DNA of 64,000 nt from Opitutales bacterium. Lineage in GTDB: Bacteria; Verrucomicrobiota; Verrucomicrobiia; Opitutales; PNEW01. Below the pieces are notes generated by a model. The model was not told the origin of the DNA. It saw nothing but the letters and a program-made list of their open reading frames with translations, and ran no database searches. A program made the translations under genes and the position numbers. Below are positions 61,994 to 64,000 of this stretch, piece after piece (positions within the stretch are counted from its first letter, which is position 1; the number at the start of each line of letters is the position of its first letter). The stretch covers positions 1,472,001 through 1,536,000 of the forward strand of contig CBDANS010000007.1 in NCBI GenBank assembly GCA_965197745.1. Reading direction: 5' to 3'.

Positions 61994-63187
61994 TTAAATA
62001 TCTTCACTGATTTTCTCTTTAGGTACTTCCGTGAAACTAAAGCGCTCATCCGCGGCCCGGCACGAGGCTTCGGGCAAACTAAGTTCGCGTTTTACCGTAT
62101 TTGCTCCCATTACCGTGGATACGCATTTATAGAAAGCTATTCTTCGTGAAATTCCTTCCCGACCGAAGCCGCAATCCGAGGAGAGAACCAGTCGTTCGGG
62201 AGGAATGTAATTTAAAGCTTTTCGGATGAGATCAGCGACGAGGTCTGGGGGTTCTACCACGGTATTTGTATGGTTGACGACACCGACGCCAATTTTTTTG
62301 GAAGATTCATGCTTACCAATCTGTTCAAGGTCTTTCCCGAAAGTACTGGCACATTCAAAAGTAATAACATCTGCATTCATATTAAAAAAATGGGGAATCG
62401 CATTTTCGTAAGATGGTGGGATCCATGATCCACGCTGCTGATTGGGGTTTCCCCAACAGGTATGAACCCATATCTCGGCATCGAGCCCCTCAACTTCGCG
62501 ATTGAAAGCTTCAGTAAAGAATTCCAGGTCTTTATCTTTAATATTATCCCTGAGAGCGAGGAAATGATGCATCGGTTCTTCTACTTGAATTAGGGTGCAA
62601 CCTGAGGCCACCATTGCTTTATACTCTTCATTCATAATAGCACTCAGATCCATGATCAGTTCCCTGTCTGACGGGTAGAATTTATTCCAGATCATGGCAT
62701 TCAGACTCTGGGCACAAACGGCGCCAAATTTAACCGGTTTATGCGTCAATTTCTGAGCAGTTTTCCAAATCGCATCATATTGGAGAGGGCCGCGGGTTAC
62801 TTTGTCTACGAGGTAGGGGGCCTGATAAGCTTCCTGTACCTCCCACATGATGCGGCCGGGCGCGATTCCATGACTCGACATAAAACCCTTAGCCAAATCC
62901 GAGAAACCGCTAAAACCTCCCAGTCGTTCGAGGACGTAGAAGAACCAGGATTTGCCCCCCACCTGGAGATCAAAGCGGGTGTCCCCATCGGTTAGAATAT
63001 CGAGGCCAGCGGTATCCTGGTCGGTTAATATCGTAGCGACTGCATCGAGGTACTGTTCGCGATAGAGACTGTCTCCCATCGCCTCTTTGAATGTGCGTCC
63101 GTGTAAAGACTGGTTAAACCAGTTTGGTTTGGGATAAGAACCGGTTGTAGTGGTAGGAAGGACCAGGTCCTGAGTCACTTTAAACAT
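61994..63187 (-). CDS. Cobalamin-independent methionine synthase II-like (single-barrel MetE family) protein
   Basis: LPTTTTGSYPKP, AGLDILTDG, IQVEEP, and zinc ligands HTCWGN, FECA and SSDCGFG. Confidence 0.88.
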   Translation of the reverse strand: MFKVTQDLVLPTTTTGSYPKPNWFNQSLHGRTFKEAMGDSLYREQYLDAVATILTDQDTAGLDILTDGDTRFDLQVGGKSWFFYVLERLGGFSGFSDLAKGFMSSHGIAPGRIMWEVQEAYQAPYLVDKVTRGPLQYDAIWKTAQKLTHKPVKFGAVCAQSLNAMIWNKFYPSDRELIMDLSAIMNEEYKAMVASGCTLIQVEEPMHHFLALRDNIKDKDLEFFTEAFNREVEGLDAEIWVHTCWGNPNQQRGSWIPPSYENAIPHFFNMNADVITFECASTFGKDLEQIGKHESSKKIGVGVVNHTNTVVEPPDLVADLIRKALNYIPPERLVLSSDCGFGREGISRRIAFYKCVSTVMGANTVKRELSLPEASCRAADERFSFTEVPKEKISEDI

Positions 63188-63258
63188 TGTTTTTCCTCTT
63201 TATCTTACCACTACGAAATCGATTTAAATATTCATTGTCCTGAATCAATGCCTGGGCA

Positions 63259-64000
63259 TTACTCATCAAGGAAAAAAGGTTGAGTCCAGGCGTTTCTCTC
63301 ACCTTCTCCCCAACACTCAAAACGCACATAACGGTACAGTTCGGATACATCCACTTTAATCGAACCGCTATCACTCCAGGCAATGCGTTGCCCATTCAGG
63401 GTTATTCCTACGATTCTGCTCGCATTTTCACATTCTATGACGATTTCGGGTCCTTCCACATGAATGGTTTTAATGACAACTCCGGTAGAACAATAAAAGC
63501 GTCCATTTCTTAAAGACTCTACAATATCTTCAAGGTTGGACGAATCAGCATAGACGACATTCCATCCAACTCCGACATCAACATTATCCGGCATGAAATG
63601 AGCATCATCATGGGCATAGCCCCATAGACGCCGTCCTTCAGAGAGAAGCATATCCCATTTGTTTGTTGAGTAAGGGCTGCCCGTGCACCTCCCCACCGTC
63701 GCATTGAAAATTTCCAAGCCCACGTAATCTGTCCATTGCTGCAATAGTTCGATTGGACAAAAATTAAAATTGTAATCCAGGTTTGGATGGGCAACGACGA
63801 CGAAACCCTGGGTCGCTTTTGCTTCATCGAAGACCAGCTGTCGGTTGACGTGGGGTTTGATTAGACGGTCACCATTAACGTGCACCAAATGCGGTCCATC
63901 CTTTGAGATTTCATTTCCTGGTATGAGCACGAGACCCTTACTGTCGATCTGTTCATAGACGCTTTGGCCGGTGAATATGTCATGGTCGGATATTGAGAGA
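63259..64000 (-). CDS. PHP-domain (CehA/McbA-like) metallohydrolase, 5' end outside the window
   Basis: The frame is open to the window edge with LSISDHD, then LIPGNE, AHPN, GLEIFN, HDDAH and LRNGRFYCSTG. Confidence 0.82.
   Translation of the reverse strand, partial: LSISDHDIFTGQSVYEQIDSKGLVLIPGNEISKDGPHLVHVNGDRLIKPHVNRQLVFDEAKATQGFVVVAHPNLDYNFNFCPIELLQQWTDYVGLEIFNATVGRCTGSPYSTNKWDMLLSEGRRLWGYAHDDAHFMPDNVDVGVGWNVVYADSSNLEDIVESLRNGRFYCSTGVVIKTIHVEGPEIVIECENASRIVGITLNGQRIAWSDSGSIKVDVSELYRYVRFECWGEGERNAWTQPFFLDE

Overview
This is bacterial DNA, most likely from a marine or saline organism, since it carries a complete Na+-NQR operon. The conserved C-terminal domain of the repeated surface proteins recalls Opitutae/Verrucomicrobiota proteins, but that is from memory and was not searched. 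About 1-52 kb is a heavily rearranged accessory region, and about 52-64 kb is ordinary: a methyltransferase, nqrA-F with apbE and nqrM, and a PHP/MetE-like/hypothetical operon. The dominant feature is a family of secreted ~740-aa proteins with the layout signal peptide - two related beta-rich N-terminal domains - Pro/Gly linker - Ig-like domain - conserved C-terminal domain. There are five intact copies, one copy broken by a single TAA, and three orphan 3' remnants. The copies share a conserved framework with discrete hypervariable loops and are mosaics of one another. They are interleaved with, and often divergent from, family-5 ABC solute-binding proteins (two fused to OppB-type permeases) and PhyH dioxygenases. 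The region also holds tRNA 3'-end (att-like) remnants, IS3 elements, an integrase fragment, a truncated prfB with its frameshift site, a lone attC-like site, several families of palindromic repeats, and several abrupt gene-to-gene junctions. Some of those junctions could be assembly or MDA chimeras. All calls come from reading motifs by eye; no searches were run.
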